IMG/VR virus record: IMGVR_UViG_3300021431_000098
Strand: one strand, 5' to 3'
Source of the DNA: an uncultured virus (IMG/VR IMGVR_UViG_3300021431_000098)
Taxonomy: Duplodnaviria; Heunggongvirae; Uroviricota; Caudoviricetes; Crassvirales
DNA: 64,000 bases
In this document: piece after piece, positions 28,371 to 37,761 of the stretch
Layout of the letters: every line of letters begins with the position of its first letter
Numbering within the stretch: position 1 is the stretch's first letter
Program-made: the position numbers and the translations under genes
Notes under the pieces: model-generated
What the model was told of the DNA's origin: nothing
Databases searched by the model: none
The model's input: only the letters and a program-made list of their open reading frames with translations

Positions 28371-28745
28371 ATGGCTAATTATCACACAATGAAAAAAGAT
28401 GAACTTATTAAAGTTCTTAAAGAAAGAGATGAAGAGCTTGACTCAGCAAGAAAAACAATCGCTGAAAGAGATTCAAAAATTAATGGTCTTATAAGAGATT
28501 GCGAAGGAATGACTGAAGAGTGTAACAATCTTCGCAATAAGGTTAATGGCCTTACAGATGACCTTAAGAAAAGTAATGAAACTTGTGAGCGTCTTAATAA
28601 AGAAAAAGATGCTCTTAGAGTTGAAAAGAATGCTGTTAAGACTACTGTTGAGCAGAAAGAAGAGATTATTTCTACTCTTAAGCATCAAAGAGCAATTATT
28701 GGTATTATTACTATTGCAGCAATTCTTATTGCAATTATCTTTTAA
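28371..28745 (+). CDS. coiled-coil protein with C-terminal TM anchor
   Basis: Heptad repeats; IIGIITIAAILIAIIF. Confidence 0.8.
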   Translation: MANYHTMKKDELIKVLKERDEELDSARKTIAERDSKINGLIRDCEGMTEECNNLRNKVNGLTDDLKKSNETCERLNKEKDALRVEKNAVKTTVEQKEEIISTLKHQRAIIGIITIAAILIAIIF

Positions 28746-28818
28746 TTAAAACTATAAGTAGAGAACAAAACAAATTTTGTCATAGTCTTTAAGGATTAAT
28801 ACTAGTTCTCTACTTAAT

Positions 28819-28893
28819 GCTCCCATAGCTCAATAGGATTAGAGTAATTGCCTTCTAAGCAATAGGTTCTGAGTTCGAGTCTCAGTGGGAGTA
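28819..28893 (+). tRNA. tRNA-Arg(TCT)
   Basis: GCTCCCA/TGGGAGT acceptor, ATTGC-CTTCTAA-GCAAT, CTGAG-TTCGAGT-CTCAG. Confidence 0.93.
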
Positions 28894-28960
28894 CAATCAG
28901 TAAAACTAATGTTTAAGTTATTGATGGGCTTATTTTTGAGATTATTAGTTTTACTGATAT

Positions 28961-29031
28961 TGTTCCATGGTGTAACGGTAGCACTCCAGATTTTGGTTCT
29001 GTCAGTCCAAGTTCGAATCTTGGTGGAACAA
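28961..29031 (+). tRNA. tRNA-Gln(TTG)
   Basis: TGTTCCA/TGGAACA acceptor, CAGA-TTTTGGT-TCTG, CCAAG-TTCGAAT-CTTGG. Confidence 0.92.
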
Positions 29032-29172
29032 CTATAGAAGATTGTCTAAAGGAATATCATTAATAAGTTTATTTCATCTCAACTATCGTAACTGAGCGGA
29101 TAATTCAGAGAGTTATGACAATCTTCTATTTTCTATTGTAAATAATTAAAATTAAAATATAAAGTCTTTAAT

Positions 29173-29235
29173 TCGAAACTACTCTTCGGAGTAGTCTATA
29201 TCCTTGAGCAAGATATACTGATGATGATAGCTTAA
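29173..29235 (+). ncRNA. hammerhead ribozyme, type II with pseudoknot
   Basis: GAAA 29175-78, stem III CTACTC-TTCG-GAGTAG, GUC cleavage after C29196, stem I TATATC/GATATA, CTGATGA 29218-24; loop TTGAGC pairs with 3' GCTTAA. Confidence 0.88.
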
Positions 29236-29267
29236 ATTAACTAATATATTAATTAAACGTTTGTAAA

Positions 29268-29531
29268 ATGAAACATGACGAAAGACGTGATGCTCAATTT
29301 TTGAGCAAAAAATGTATTGTAGATGCAATTACTAAAACTATTACTGCTTCTCATTCTACTCAGCTTGGCAATAAAAGTTGGGGACGTATTGATTTTTTGT
29401 GTCATTATTGTGGTTGGATATTTCTTTATGATAATACAGAAATTAATAAGAAAACTTACGATAATGATAAAGAAATTGTCAATATTGTTAAAAAAGAAAG
29501 TAAAGTAAGAAAATTTAAAAATAATGATTAA
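29268..29531 (+). CDS. hypothetical protein
   Basis: LGNKSWGRIDFL pattern seen in Bacteroidota phage proteins. Confidence 0.7.
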   Translation: MKHDERRDAQFLSKKCIVDAITKTITASHSTQLGNKSWGRIDFLCHYCGWIFLYDNTEINKKTYDNDKEIVNIVKKESKVRKFKNND

Positions 29532-29979
29532 CTTTAAGTTAAACCCTATAAAAAAGGTAAAAGCTAGTAAACCAAGTAAACAAATAACTTGTCTTTTATA
29601 TGCTCAAGCAATTAAAAGAGAAGATGGCACTTGGTTTGCAAGAGTTAAAACTAAAGGTTTTGAAGGATATAAAGACATAACTATTTTGCCGTTTAGTGAG
29701 AAAACATTTGAACTTAAAGGTAAAGTAGATGTATTTTATAATAAACCAGATAAAAACGGATATTACACTAGAATTATTCGTACAGAACAAGATTCTATAT
29801 TTTATCCTGGTAATAAAGAAGATTATTCTACTTTATGTGATAAATGTATCTTTCAAGGCTATATTGTTAAAACTATAGAAGGAACATTCTTTGATGTTAC
29901 TAATTATGTAGGAATATATTCAAAATACGGAAACTTAGTAGATGATATGATTGACGATGATAATACAGAAGTTGAATGA
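29524..29979 (+). CDS. hypothetical protein
   Basis: 151 aa, coupled to neighbours. Confidence 0.7.
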   Translation: MINFKLNPIKKVKASKPSKQITCLLYAQAIKREDGTWFARVKTKGFEGYKDITILPFSEKTFELKGKVDVFYNKPDKNGYYTRIIRTEQDSIFYPGNKEDYSTLCDKCIFQGYIVKTIEGTFFDVTNYVGIYSKYGNLVDDMIDDDNTEVE

Positions 29980-31429
29980 AGTACAAAATATAGACATAAG
30001 TGGATTTACTGATGACCAAAGAAAAGCCTATGAGAATATCATAGGCTTTATTAAATCTGATTTTAATCCAAGTAAATCTAAAATAGCTCTTACAGGTCCT
30101 GCTGGAACAGGTAAAACCTTTTTAATTAGAGCTATTATTAAAAACTGTGGATTGCCTTACTCACAAATTGGATTAGTTGCACCAACTCATAAAGCTACCA
30201 GAGTGGCAAAAGAGGCTATTGCTATTCCTCAAATTAAATCTAATACACTTCAATCAGATTTAGGTTTAAAACCTAATTATGATATTGAGAAATTTGATAT
30301 AAATAATATTAAGTTTTCTTTAACTGGTAGAATTAAAATTGGAGATTATAAAGTTTATATTGTAGATGAAGCTTCTATGATTAATAGGGGTTTAGCAATG
30401 TTTCTTGAGAAAAAATGTCTTGAGAATAAATGTAAACTTATATATATTGGTGATGCTTTTCAACTCCCTCCTCCTGGAGAGAATTATAGTAGTGCTTTTA
30501 AAAATATTCAATTATGTGAACTTAAACAAATTGTTAGACAAGATGCTAGCAATCCTATTCTTCCTCTATTAAATATGTTGCGGTATGATATTCAAAATAA
30601 TGCTACAACATTTTTAAATTATATTTACACCGCCCGTAAAGAAAATAATCACATTCAATTTGATGAAACCAATACAAAAGGTTTTGCTGTTTGTAATGAT
30701 GATGAATTTAGGGATGCTGTAAGTATGTATTTTACTAACCCTATACTTCAAGAAAATGTAGATTATGTTAAGGTTGTAGGTTATACCAATATGTGTGTTT
30801 CTAGTTGGAATAAAACTATTAGACAACATATAATTAAAGATGCTGATAAAGTAATTCTTACTCAACATGATTTACTTCTAAGTTACAAAACACTTATAAA
30901 TGCTTTTAATGAATCTATTATTACAAATTCTGAAGATTATATAGTAGATGCAGATGGACTTGTAAATTATGTTCATCCTAAATATGAAATTAAAGGATTT
31001 TTAGTAAAGTTTAAAGCAATTCATGGTGGAAAAGTAACTACTCCTCTATTTGTTGTAGACCATACAGATATGTTTAGTGTTCAAAAATATCTCCAAATAT
31101 ATAATGGACTTATTATGGCTGCTAAAACTGCTCCTAAACAACTTAGAGCACAAAAATGGAAAGAATTTTATGCTTTTACAGAAGAATGTCTTTTACTTAC
31201 AAATATTGTTGATGAAAATGACAATCCTTTAGCATTTCGTAGTATTGACTATGGTTTTGCTTTAACAAGTCATAAATCACAAGGTTGTACATTTGATAAC
31301 GTTTGTGTCGATGTAAGAGATATAGTTTACAATAAATTTGGACAATTAAGAGATAATATTAATATTACAAATAGGCTATTGTATGTAGCTTGTAGTAGAA
31401 CAAAAAATAAATTGTATTTAAAGATATGA
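29957..31429 (+). CDS. SF1B (Dda/RecD-like) DNA helicase
   Basis: GPAGTGKT, APTHKA, VDEASM, GDAFQLPP, LKQIVRQ, HKSQG, YVACSR. Confidence 0.92.
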   Translation: MIIQKLNEVQNIDISGFTDDQRKAYENIIGFIKSDFNPSKSKIALTGPAGTGKTFLIRAIIKNCGLPYSQIGLVAPTHKATRVAKEAIAIPQIKSNTLQSDLGLKPNYDIEKFDINNIKFSLTGRIKIGDYKVYIVDEASMINRGLAMFLEKKCLENKCKLIYIGDAFQLPPPGENYSSAFKNIQLCELKQIVRQDASNPILPLLNMLRYDIQNNATTFLNYIYTARKENNHIQFDETNTKGFAVCNDDEFRDAVSMYFTNPILQENVDYVKVVGYTNMCVSSWNKTIRQHIIKDADKVILTQHDLLLSYKTLINAFNESIITNSEDYIVDADGLVNYVHPKYEIKGFLVKFKAIHGGKVTTPLFVVDHTDMFSVQKYLQIYNGLIMAAKTAPKQLRAQKWKEFYAFTEECLLLTNIVDENDNPLAFRSIDYGFALTSHKSQGCTFDNVCVDVRDIVYNKFGQLRDNINITNRLLYVACSRTKNKLYLKI

Positions 31430-31701
31430 AAACAACTGAATATGATATGGGAGATAAAGTTTATGCTGTTATAGGCTTAAAAGTAATAACTGCTATTATA
31501 ACAGGAATTTCCTTTAAAACAAGCATAAATAACATTTCAGATAAAATTGACGATTCGAATGTTAGTGCTGACTATTTTGTATCTGCAATAAATGAAAACG
31601 GAACTGTAGATACATATCCTTATTCTGTATCTTCTGTAGATTTATTTACAGATATAACTAAAGCCGCTGCTGTAGTAGGAAACAAAGCAATGAAAGTATG
31701 A
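31426..31701 (+). CDS. hypothetical protein
   Basis: ATGA-coupled. Confidence 0.7.
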   Translation: MKTTEYDMGDKVYAVIGLKVITAIITGISFKTSINNISDKIDDSNVSADYFVSAINENGTVDTYPYSVSSVDLFTDITKAAAVVGNKAMKV

Positions 31702-32249
31702 CACCTTGTGATAATTGTCCTTTAAGGTTATACAATACTAAAAACCATAAACTAGAAGGAATTGGAAATCCTTTTAATGGTAGATGTATTGTAGTGCCTA
31801 ACGTTGATTATCCTGCTTATAAAGGAGAGAGTATGTCTTTTAGTAGTCAAGTGAGTATTATAAGAGATACTCTCTCTTCTTTTACGGGGGAGGTACTAAA
31901 CAACTTATATATCTTACCACTTATAAGATGTAATGAAACTATTGGTTGTGAAGTAGATGAAAATATTTATTCTAGATGTATTGAATATTTTAAAGAAGAT
32001 GTAAAGAAATATAATTTTAAACATATTCTTTTATTAGGTGATGCAGCTAGAAGATTTTTCAATATTTCAATATATAATATAATAGATTGTGTACTTGTAA
32101 GTAGAAATAATAGATATTATAGTGTTAATTATTCTCCTCTAGTTAAGAATGTAAATGGTGACTTGGGAAATGCTTTTGAGAATAATCTTAAACAATGGTA
32201 TGGAGATATTCTCAATAAGCATTATACTAATAAAATGATAAAGTTATGA
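31698..32249 (+). CDS. uracil-DNA glycosylase (family 4)-like protein
   Basis: CDNCPL, GIGNP, LIRC...C, ILLLGDAA, NYSP. Confidence 0.7.
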   Translation: MTPCDNCPLRLYNTKNHKLEGIGNPFNGRCIVVPNVDYPAYKGESMSFSSQVSIIRDTLSSFTGEVLNNLYILPLIRCNETIGCEVDENIYSRCIEYFKEDVKKYNFKHILLLGDAARRFFNISIYNIIDCVLVSRNNRYYSVNYSPLVKNVNGDLGNAFENNLKQWYGDILNKHYTNKMIKL

Positions 32250-32617
32250 AAGTTGAATATAAAAATTATGTTCATATAGATTATGATACTAACTTAGAAA
32301 AAGAAATATTGCATTTAGGAAATCATAGACTAAGATTTCGATGTATTCAACGACTATGCTTAAAATATTACGGTGAACAATATCTTGAAACATGGGCTAT
32401 TTATTTTGAGATAGTAGATGATAAAAATAGAATAAGTGGTTCTGATATATTTAATTATTATAAAATAGTTATTTCTTTTGATAGTTGGTATATACCAGAT
32501 GACACAATATTTAAAGATTTTTGTTCTACTATATCAAAAGAAATAGATGTTCCTATAACTAATTTTGAAGAATTGTCCACAGCTTTTAGTTTAAGGAGAT
32601 TTTTCTATTTTGACTAA
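32246..32617 (+). CDS. hypothetical protein
   Basis: Coupled ORF. Confidence 0.6.
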   Translation: MKVEYKNYVHIDYDTNLEKEILHLGNHRLRFRCIQRLCLKYYGEQYLETWAIYFEIVDDKNRISGSDIFNYYKIVISFDSWYIPDDTIFKDFCSTISKEIDVPITNFEELSTAFSLRRFFYFD

Positions 32618-32635
32618 TATAACAATAACAGTATT

Positions 32636-34939
32636 ATGATAATTAGTAAAGCTTTTGATGTTGAAGTATTTCATAATCTATTTTCAGTAACTTTTGTTGA
32701 TATTAAAAGTTATTTTAAAACTTTTACTGATTGTGTAGATGAAAAAGGAAGTCCTATTCCACTTACTGAAAAGTTAAGTGTTAAAGAAATTAAGAATAGG
32801 TTAAATTCTGTTAAATCTGATATTTTCTACATTTCCGACACAAACGATAGTCAATTGCTGGAGCTAGTAGCCTATATTAATGCCATGCGACCACACTACA
32901 GCACTTTTGAAGGTGCAGACGGACAAATCATCAACGAGCCTATAAGACACGATTTATTCGGTTTTAATAATGTGGGATATGACGATATATTGATACAGGC
33001 ATTTATGATGTATTTCAACATGAAAGGTAAAACTAAATATCTAATAGAGTTCTTGAAAGAAATATCCGATAAAGTAATTTCGTTGCAATCGGATAAAAGT
33101 ATGTTCTATGAGGATAAAGAGTTAGAATTAATAAGACAATACAAATTGCCTTATGCAAGTGTTGATGTACAGAAAGTATTTGGTTTAAATTCAGCTACTG
33201 TTAATGTTGATAAAGATACTGGAGAAAGAGTTAAATTTGGTAAAAGTCTTAAACAAACTTCTATTAACCTTAAATGGTATGAACTTTTAGATTTTAAATT
33301 GCCTTCTATTACAGAAGAAGAAAATGATGCTTATTATCGTAAAGATATTGTTAAGTATCATAATTATTCTGCTGCACAATTAAATAAACTTATAACTAAT
33401 GATTTTGACAGGTATGTTATGCCAGGGTATGTAGATGATATGCTACATTATAATTTAAATGATGTATATATTGTTTGTGAAATGGCTAGGATGAAACCTG
33501 ATGAAATCAAACTTCGATATGCAATTTCAAATGCTTTTGGAATTAATGTTTTGAGTTCAGCAAGAGCTAATATTGCAGATAAACTAACTATTAAGTTTTA
33601 TTCTGATATGAGTGGTCTTCATAAAGATAAATTCATAAAAGAAAGAACTGAAAGAAATAGATTATCTTTTAATAAGATTATCTTTCCACATATACAATTT
33701 AAAACTAAACAACTTCAAGATTTACTAGAAGAAATGAAAAAAGTTAGTATTTATCATACAAGTAAAGATGCTTTTAGTAAAGAAGTTGAATTCTACGGAA
33801 CAACTTATACATTAGCTACTGGAGGTATTCATTCAGTAGACCCACCTAGGATATGTAAATCTGATGATGAATATGTTTATCTTCATCATGATTATACCTC
33901 ATATTATCCTAGTATTATGATTAGTTATAATATTGCTCCTAAACATTTACATCAAAAAACATTTACAAAAATGATGAGTTTCTTAAAAGATACTCGCGTT
34001 AAATGTAAACATGGTGGAGATGTCAATGTTATTGAAAATGTACCTAATAAAGTTGCAGCTGAAGCATTAAAGATTGTAATTAATTCTATTTATGGTAAAT
34101 TGGGTAGTGAACTATTCTTTTTATATGATAGATTTGCTCAGATGCAAGTTACTATTAATGGTCAGTTAATGACTATGACACTTATTGAAGAATTAGAACT
34201 AAACGGTATTCACGTTATATCTGCTAATACTGATGGTATTGTAATTAAGCTTCCAAGAGACAAGTTTGATGTCTATAAAGAAATAACTGATAGATGGAAT
34301 GAAACTAACAAAATGGGAGCTGATTATGAAGAATATGAAGAAATTGTAAGTAGAGATGTCAATAATTATTTTGATGTTCAAGTAGATGGAACAGTAGAAT
34401 TTAAAGGTGCTCTTGACCCAAAACAATATCTTAAAGAATTGAAAAAAGGTTATGATATGCCTATAGTTTCTCTTGCTGTTTATAATTTCTTTAGATATAA
34501 CAAACCTGTAATGCAAACTCTACAAGAACATAAAGATATTCTTGATTTTTGTAAGACTCAAAATGTTGGTAGACAATTTGAAGTTGTATATGATATTGTT
34601 GAAAGTGGAGAAGTTAAAACTATTCATTCCCAACGTCATGTAAGATTTTATGTTGCTACTGATGGAGTTGTTATAAGAAAACAAAATGTTAATGACATTG
34701 CAGTTGAAAACAGATTAGCAGGTGGATTACCCGTTCAAATTCTCAATACTCTTGATGATGTACCTATTGAAAATCGTCATATTAATTATAAATATTATTA
34801 TGATGAATGCTATAAACTAATAAATCCTATAATGCTTGGTATTTCCCCAAATCAAAAAGGAAATAAAGCTAGAGGAACTGTTAGTGGAAAAGTGTTATTA
34901 AAACAATATGCAGAACAATATTTAACTTTATTTGATTAA
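32636..34939 (+). CDS. polB: DNA polymerase family B
   Basis: Exo FDVE, GFNN..YD, YNLNDV; pol DYTSYYPS, KIVINSIYGK, NTDG. Confidence 0.93.
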   Translation: MIISKAFDVEVFHNLFSVTFVDIKSYFKTFTDCVDEKGSPIPLTEKLSVKEIKNRLNSVKSDIFYISDTNDSQLLELVAYINAMRPHYSTFEGADGQIINEPIRHDLFGFNNVGYDDILIQAFMMYFNMKGKTKYLIEFLKEISDKVISLQSDKSMFYEDKELELIRQYKLPYASVDVQKVFGLNSATVNVDKDTGERVKFGKSLKQTSINLKWYELLDFKLPSITEEENDAYYRKDIVKYHNYSAAQLNKLITNDFDRYVMPGYVDDMLHYNLNDVYIVCEMARMKPDEIKLRYAISNAFGINVLSSARANIADKLTIKFYSDMSGLHKDKFIKERTERNRLSFNKIIFPHIQFKTKQLQDLLEEMKKVSIYHTSKDAFSKEVEFYGTTYTLATGGIHSVDPPRICKSDDEYVYLHHDYTSYYPSIMISYNIAPKHLHQKTFTKMMSFLKDTRVKCKHGGDVNVIENVPNKVAAEALKIVINSIYGKLGSELFFLYDRFAQMQVTINGQLMTMTLIEELELNGIHVISANTDGIVIKLPRDKFDVYKEITDRWNETNKMGADYEEYEEIVSRDVNNYFDVQVDGTVEFKGALDPKQYLKELKKGYDMPIVSLAVYNFFRYNKPVMQTLQEHKDILDFCKTQNVGRQFEVVYDIVESGEVKTIHSQRHVRFYVATDGVVIRKQNVNDIAVENRLAGGLPVQILNTLDDVPIENRHINYKYYYDECYKLINPIMLGISPNQKGNKARGTVSGKVLLKQYAEQYLTLFD

Positions 34940-35322
34940 TGAATAATAAAACTGATTTAGGAATAGCTCTTCCTAAAGTATTATGTCCTATATGTTGTAA
35001 AGAAATGGATGGTCCAATTATTATTGGAACTAAATTTTCTAAGAAAAATGCAGAACGAGTTAATGCTATGCATGGACAAATTATAGGATTTAACGACGAA
35101 CCTTGTCCAGATTGTCAAAAACTTATTGATGAAGGTTGCTTCTTTATAATAGGTATTGATATAGAACAAAGTCAACCAAATAATCCTTATAGAAGTGGTC
35201 ATATAGTAGGACTTAAAAATACTAGTGAATTTGTTAAACAATTAGATGAAAAATATAAGAAAAGAAATGCTATAATGATGGATTACAGAGAAATGATTAA
35301 ATTAGGAATGATAAATGAATAA
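34939..35322 (+). CDS. Zn-finger hypothetical protein
   Basis: CPIC...CPDC. Confidence 0.7.
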   Translation: MNNKTDLGIALPKVLCPICCKEMDGPIIIGTKFSKKNAERVNAMHGQIIGFNDEPCPDCQKLIDEGCFFIIGIDIEQSQPNNPYRSGHIVGLKNTSEFVKQLDEKYKKRNAIMMDYREMIKLGMINE

Positions 35323-36733
35323 AGCAATACAAATATTTGAAGATGCTTTAAATTTATGGAGGGATAATAGAGGTGTTGGAACATTTTTAATACCTCCTCC
35401 ATTAGAGGATAAAGTAATTGTATTACTATTGTTAGAAATATTATATAATAAAAATCCAGATAACAATGTTTTAATAATAGTAAACAAATATTCAGAAAGA
35501 CAAGAAATAATTGATTATTTAACTAAACAAGATAATGAAGAAAACAATAAAGAATTTCAAAAACTAATAAATGAAAGAAAAATAAAAATTTGGAGTAATA
35601 ACTATATTCAAAATGATACTAGGATTGAACCTAAATATCTTATAATTTATCATTTAGATGAATATAACGATACTATAAATAAACTAATAGCACATTCCAA
35701 ATTCAAACTAATAATTTTGAATAAGCTATTAGAAGATATAGGGCAACTACAGAACTTATATAAGAATTGCCAATTGCTTAAATCATTTGAGCAAAAGATA
35801 ATAAATGAGGTTCGTTGTACCACCCCCGTAGAAGAAATATGGATAGATGTTACTATTCCTACTGACACTGAAGAATTTAAACTTCTTGAATATTATAATA
35901 ACTATATTAATACTTCTCTAACTATATTTGGTAGTTTTGATAATATGAATTATGCTAGAGTTGGTGACTCTAGAAGTAATACATCAGCTACTAATTATTG
36001 TTATAGAATTGCCCAAGAAAATGGTTGGAATGAACAATTGGATATGTCTAATCCTATAGATATAGAAATAGATAATATGTTTAATCCAAACAACATTAAA
36101 GATAGAGCTTCTCAAACTTATGAAATTATTCGTAGTAGGTCTGAACTTCTATCATGTTATAATGGAAAACTAGAAGAAATTTATAGAATAGTAAAAGAAA
36201 ATGAAGGAAAAAAGATTTTAATAATAAATAAAAAAGGAAAATTTGCAACACTTGTAACAACTTACATTAATAATTTATCTACAAAAGAAATTTGTGCAAA
36301 TTACCATAATGATGTTGAAACTGTTCCTGCTAGAGATATAAATGATAATCTTATTTACTATAAGAATGGAGATAAAGCGGGACAATTAAAATATATGGGA
36401 GCCGCTGCACAAAAAACATTGAATGAACAAAGATTTAATGCAGGTATTATTAATATATTATCTACAAATGCTGCAATAGATAAAAAACTAAATATAGATG
36501 TCGATATTGTTATAATTACTTCTCCAGAATGTGATACAATAGAGGATTATTTTAACAGATTAACAAATGTTAATTTCTCACAGAATGGGATAAAATTATT
36601 CAGTATTTTTGTTAAAAATTCTAGTGAAGAGAAAAAGCAATTAAATCGACCACTAAGTGAAACACATATTGTAGTAAATAGTGAAAAAATGTTAAACTTA
36701 TCATCAAACTATCAATATAATTTCTCTAATTAG
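35315..36733 (+). CDS. SF2 helicase-derived protein, Walker motifs degenerate
   Basis: C-terminal RFNAG.INILST..AIDKKLNI-DVDIVII resembles helicase C domain; no GKT/DExH. Confidence 0.6.
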   Translation: MNKAIQIFEDALNLWRDNRGVGTFLIPPPLEDKVIVLLLLEILYNKNPDNNVLIIVNKYSERQEIIDYLTKQDNEENNKEFQKLINERKIKIWSNNYIQNDTRIEPKYLIIYHLDEYNDTINKLIAHSKFKLIILNKLLEDIGQLQNLYKNCQLLKSFEQKIINEVRCTTPVEEIWIDVTIPTDTEEFKLLEYYNNYINTSLTIFGSFDNMNYARVGDSRSNTSATNYCYRIAQENGWNEQLDMSNPIDIEIDNMFNPNNIKDRASQTYEIIRSRSELLSCYNGKLEEIYRIVKENEGKKILIINKKGKFATLVTTYINNLSTKEICANYHNDVETVPARDINDNLIYYKNGDKAGQLKYMGAAAQKTLNEQRFNAGIINILSTNAAIDKKLNIDVDIVIITSPECDTIEDYFNRLTNVNFSQNGIKLFSIFVKNSSEEKKQLNRPLSETHIVVNSEKMLNLSSNYQYNFSN

Positions 36734-36744
36734 AAAAATATGTG

Positions 36745-36752
36745 TATCTTTG
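36745..36752 (+). promoter_or_regulatory. Bacteroidota -7 element (TATCTTTG)
   Basis: 31 nt upstream of the SSAP gene. Confidence 0.6.
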
Positions 36753-36783
36753 TATCAAATAAAACCGAGAGAACATTGACATT

Positions 36784-37698
36784 ATGGATGACAATAAAGA
36801 ACAAAGTAAAGAAGTAAATCTTGTTCAACATAAAGAAACAACTACTAGTGTTGAACTTAAAAAAGATTTTTCTTTTTATTTTACAGATAGTGAACTGATA
36901 GCAGCAGAGTCTTTTCTTAAAAGACTTATGAGTACTCCAAAAGGTGGTATTAGTAATGTTAATGAGGGCATTGCTCTTATGATGCGTGCTAAAGATTTGC
37001 AACTACCTTTTAGTTCTTGTATAGAACATATTCATGTTATTAGTGGTAATACAGGTATTGATATTCATATAATAAGAACATTGCTATTGAGGGCAGGAAT
37101 AGTTTGGGAACACACTAAAGATAATATTCCTCTGTATGAGTATACAGACGGTAGCAATATTTATAAAGAAGAAATGTTACCTGCCTATGCTATAATCTGT
37201 AGAAATCAAGAAGAAGCAGAAAAGAAAACTAATGACAATCAAGTTGGTGTATATCCTCTTAGATATTATATTGATTTGAAAGGTCAAGTATTTAATCAAT
37301 TTCAAATTAACGATAAATTTTCAATAGCTCTTCATCAACCTCAAGCTATTAAGCTAGCTCAAGAAGGTAAATATCCTGTAATTCGTATTCCTCAACAACC
37401 TTATGATATCATTTCAGAATATAAATTTGAAAGATGGCAAAAGGTAAATGGAAGAGAAATACATAGAACTTGTATAGGAAAATATTCCAAGAATGATGCA
37501 ATACTAGCTAAATTAGTTGATAAAGATAATTGGCAAAAACAATTTAACAATATGCTTAACATTAGAGCATTTACTTTTGGTGCTAGAGAAATTGGAGATG
37601 ACGTTTTAATGGGTTGTTATGAAATTAATGAACTAAAGGAGTTTACTAATTCTCCTTTTACTAAAGAAGATTTTGTTGACCCAATTAGTATTCAATAA
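36784..37698 (+). CDS. single-strand annealing recombinase (RecT/Bet-like)
   Basis: DLQLP...IHVISG...AKLVDKDNWQK...MLNIRAFTFGAR....DVLMG.Y...E. Confidence 0.75.
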   Translation: MDDNKEQSKEVNLVQHKETTTSVELKKDFSFYFTDSELIAAESFLKRLMSTPKGGISNVNEGIALMMRAKDLQLPFSSCIEHIHVISGNTGIDIHIIRTLLLRAGIVWEHTKDNIPLYEYTDGSNIYKEEMLPAYAIICRNQEEAEKKTNDNQVGVYPLRYYIDLKGQVFNQFQINDKFSIALHQPQAIKLAQEGKYPVIRIPQQPYDIISEYKFERWQKVNGREIHRTCIGKYSKNDAILAKLVDKDNWQKQFNNMLNIRAFTFGAREIGDDVLMGCYEINELKEFTNSPFTKEDFVDPISIQ

Positions 37699-37761
37699 AT
37701 TAAAGAAAGTAGTAAATCTACAAAATAAACAATTAATTATTAACTTAAAACTTTTACAATT

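Noticed and set aside
25855..29130. Theta (HDV-like) ribozymes directly 3' of tRNAs
   Set aside because: Downstream sequences are simple AT-rich stems; I could not build the nested double pseudoknot.
15986..34939. Introns or inteins in terL or polB
   Set aside because: Both are continuous and of ordinary length, with no intein C-terminal HN-C/S/T or homing endonuclease motifs seen.
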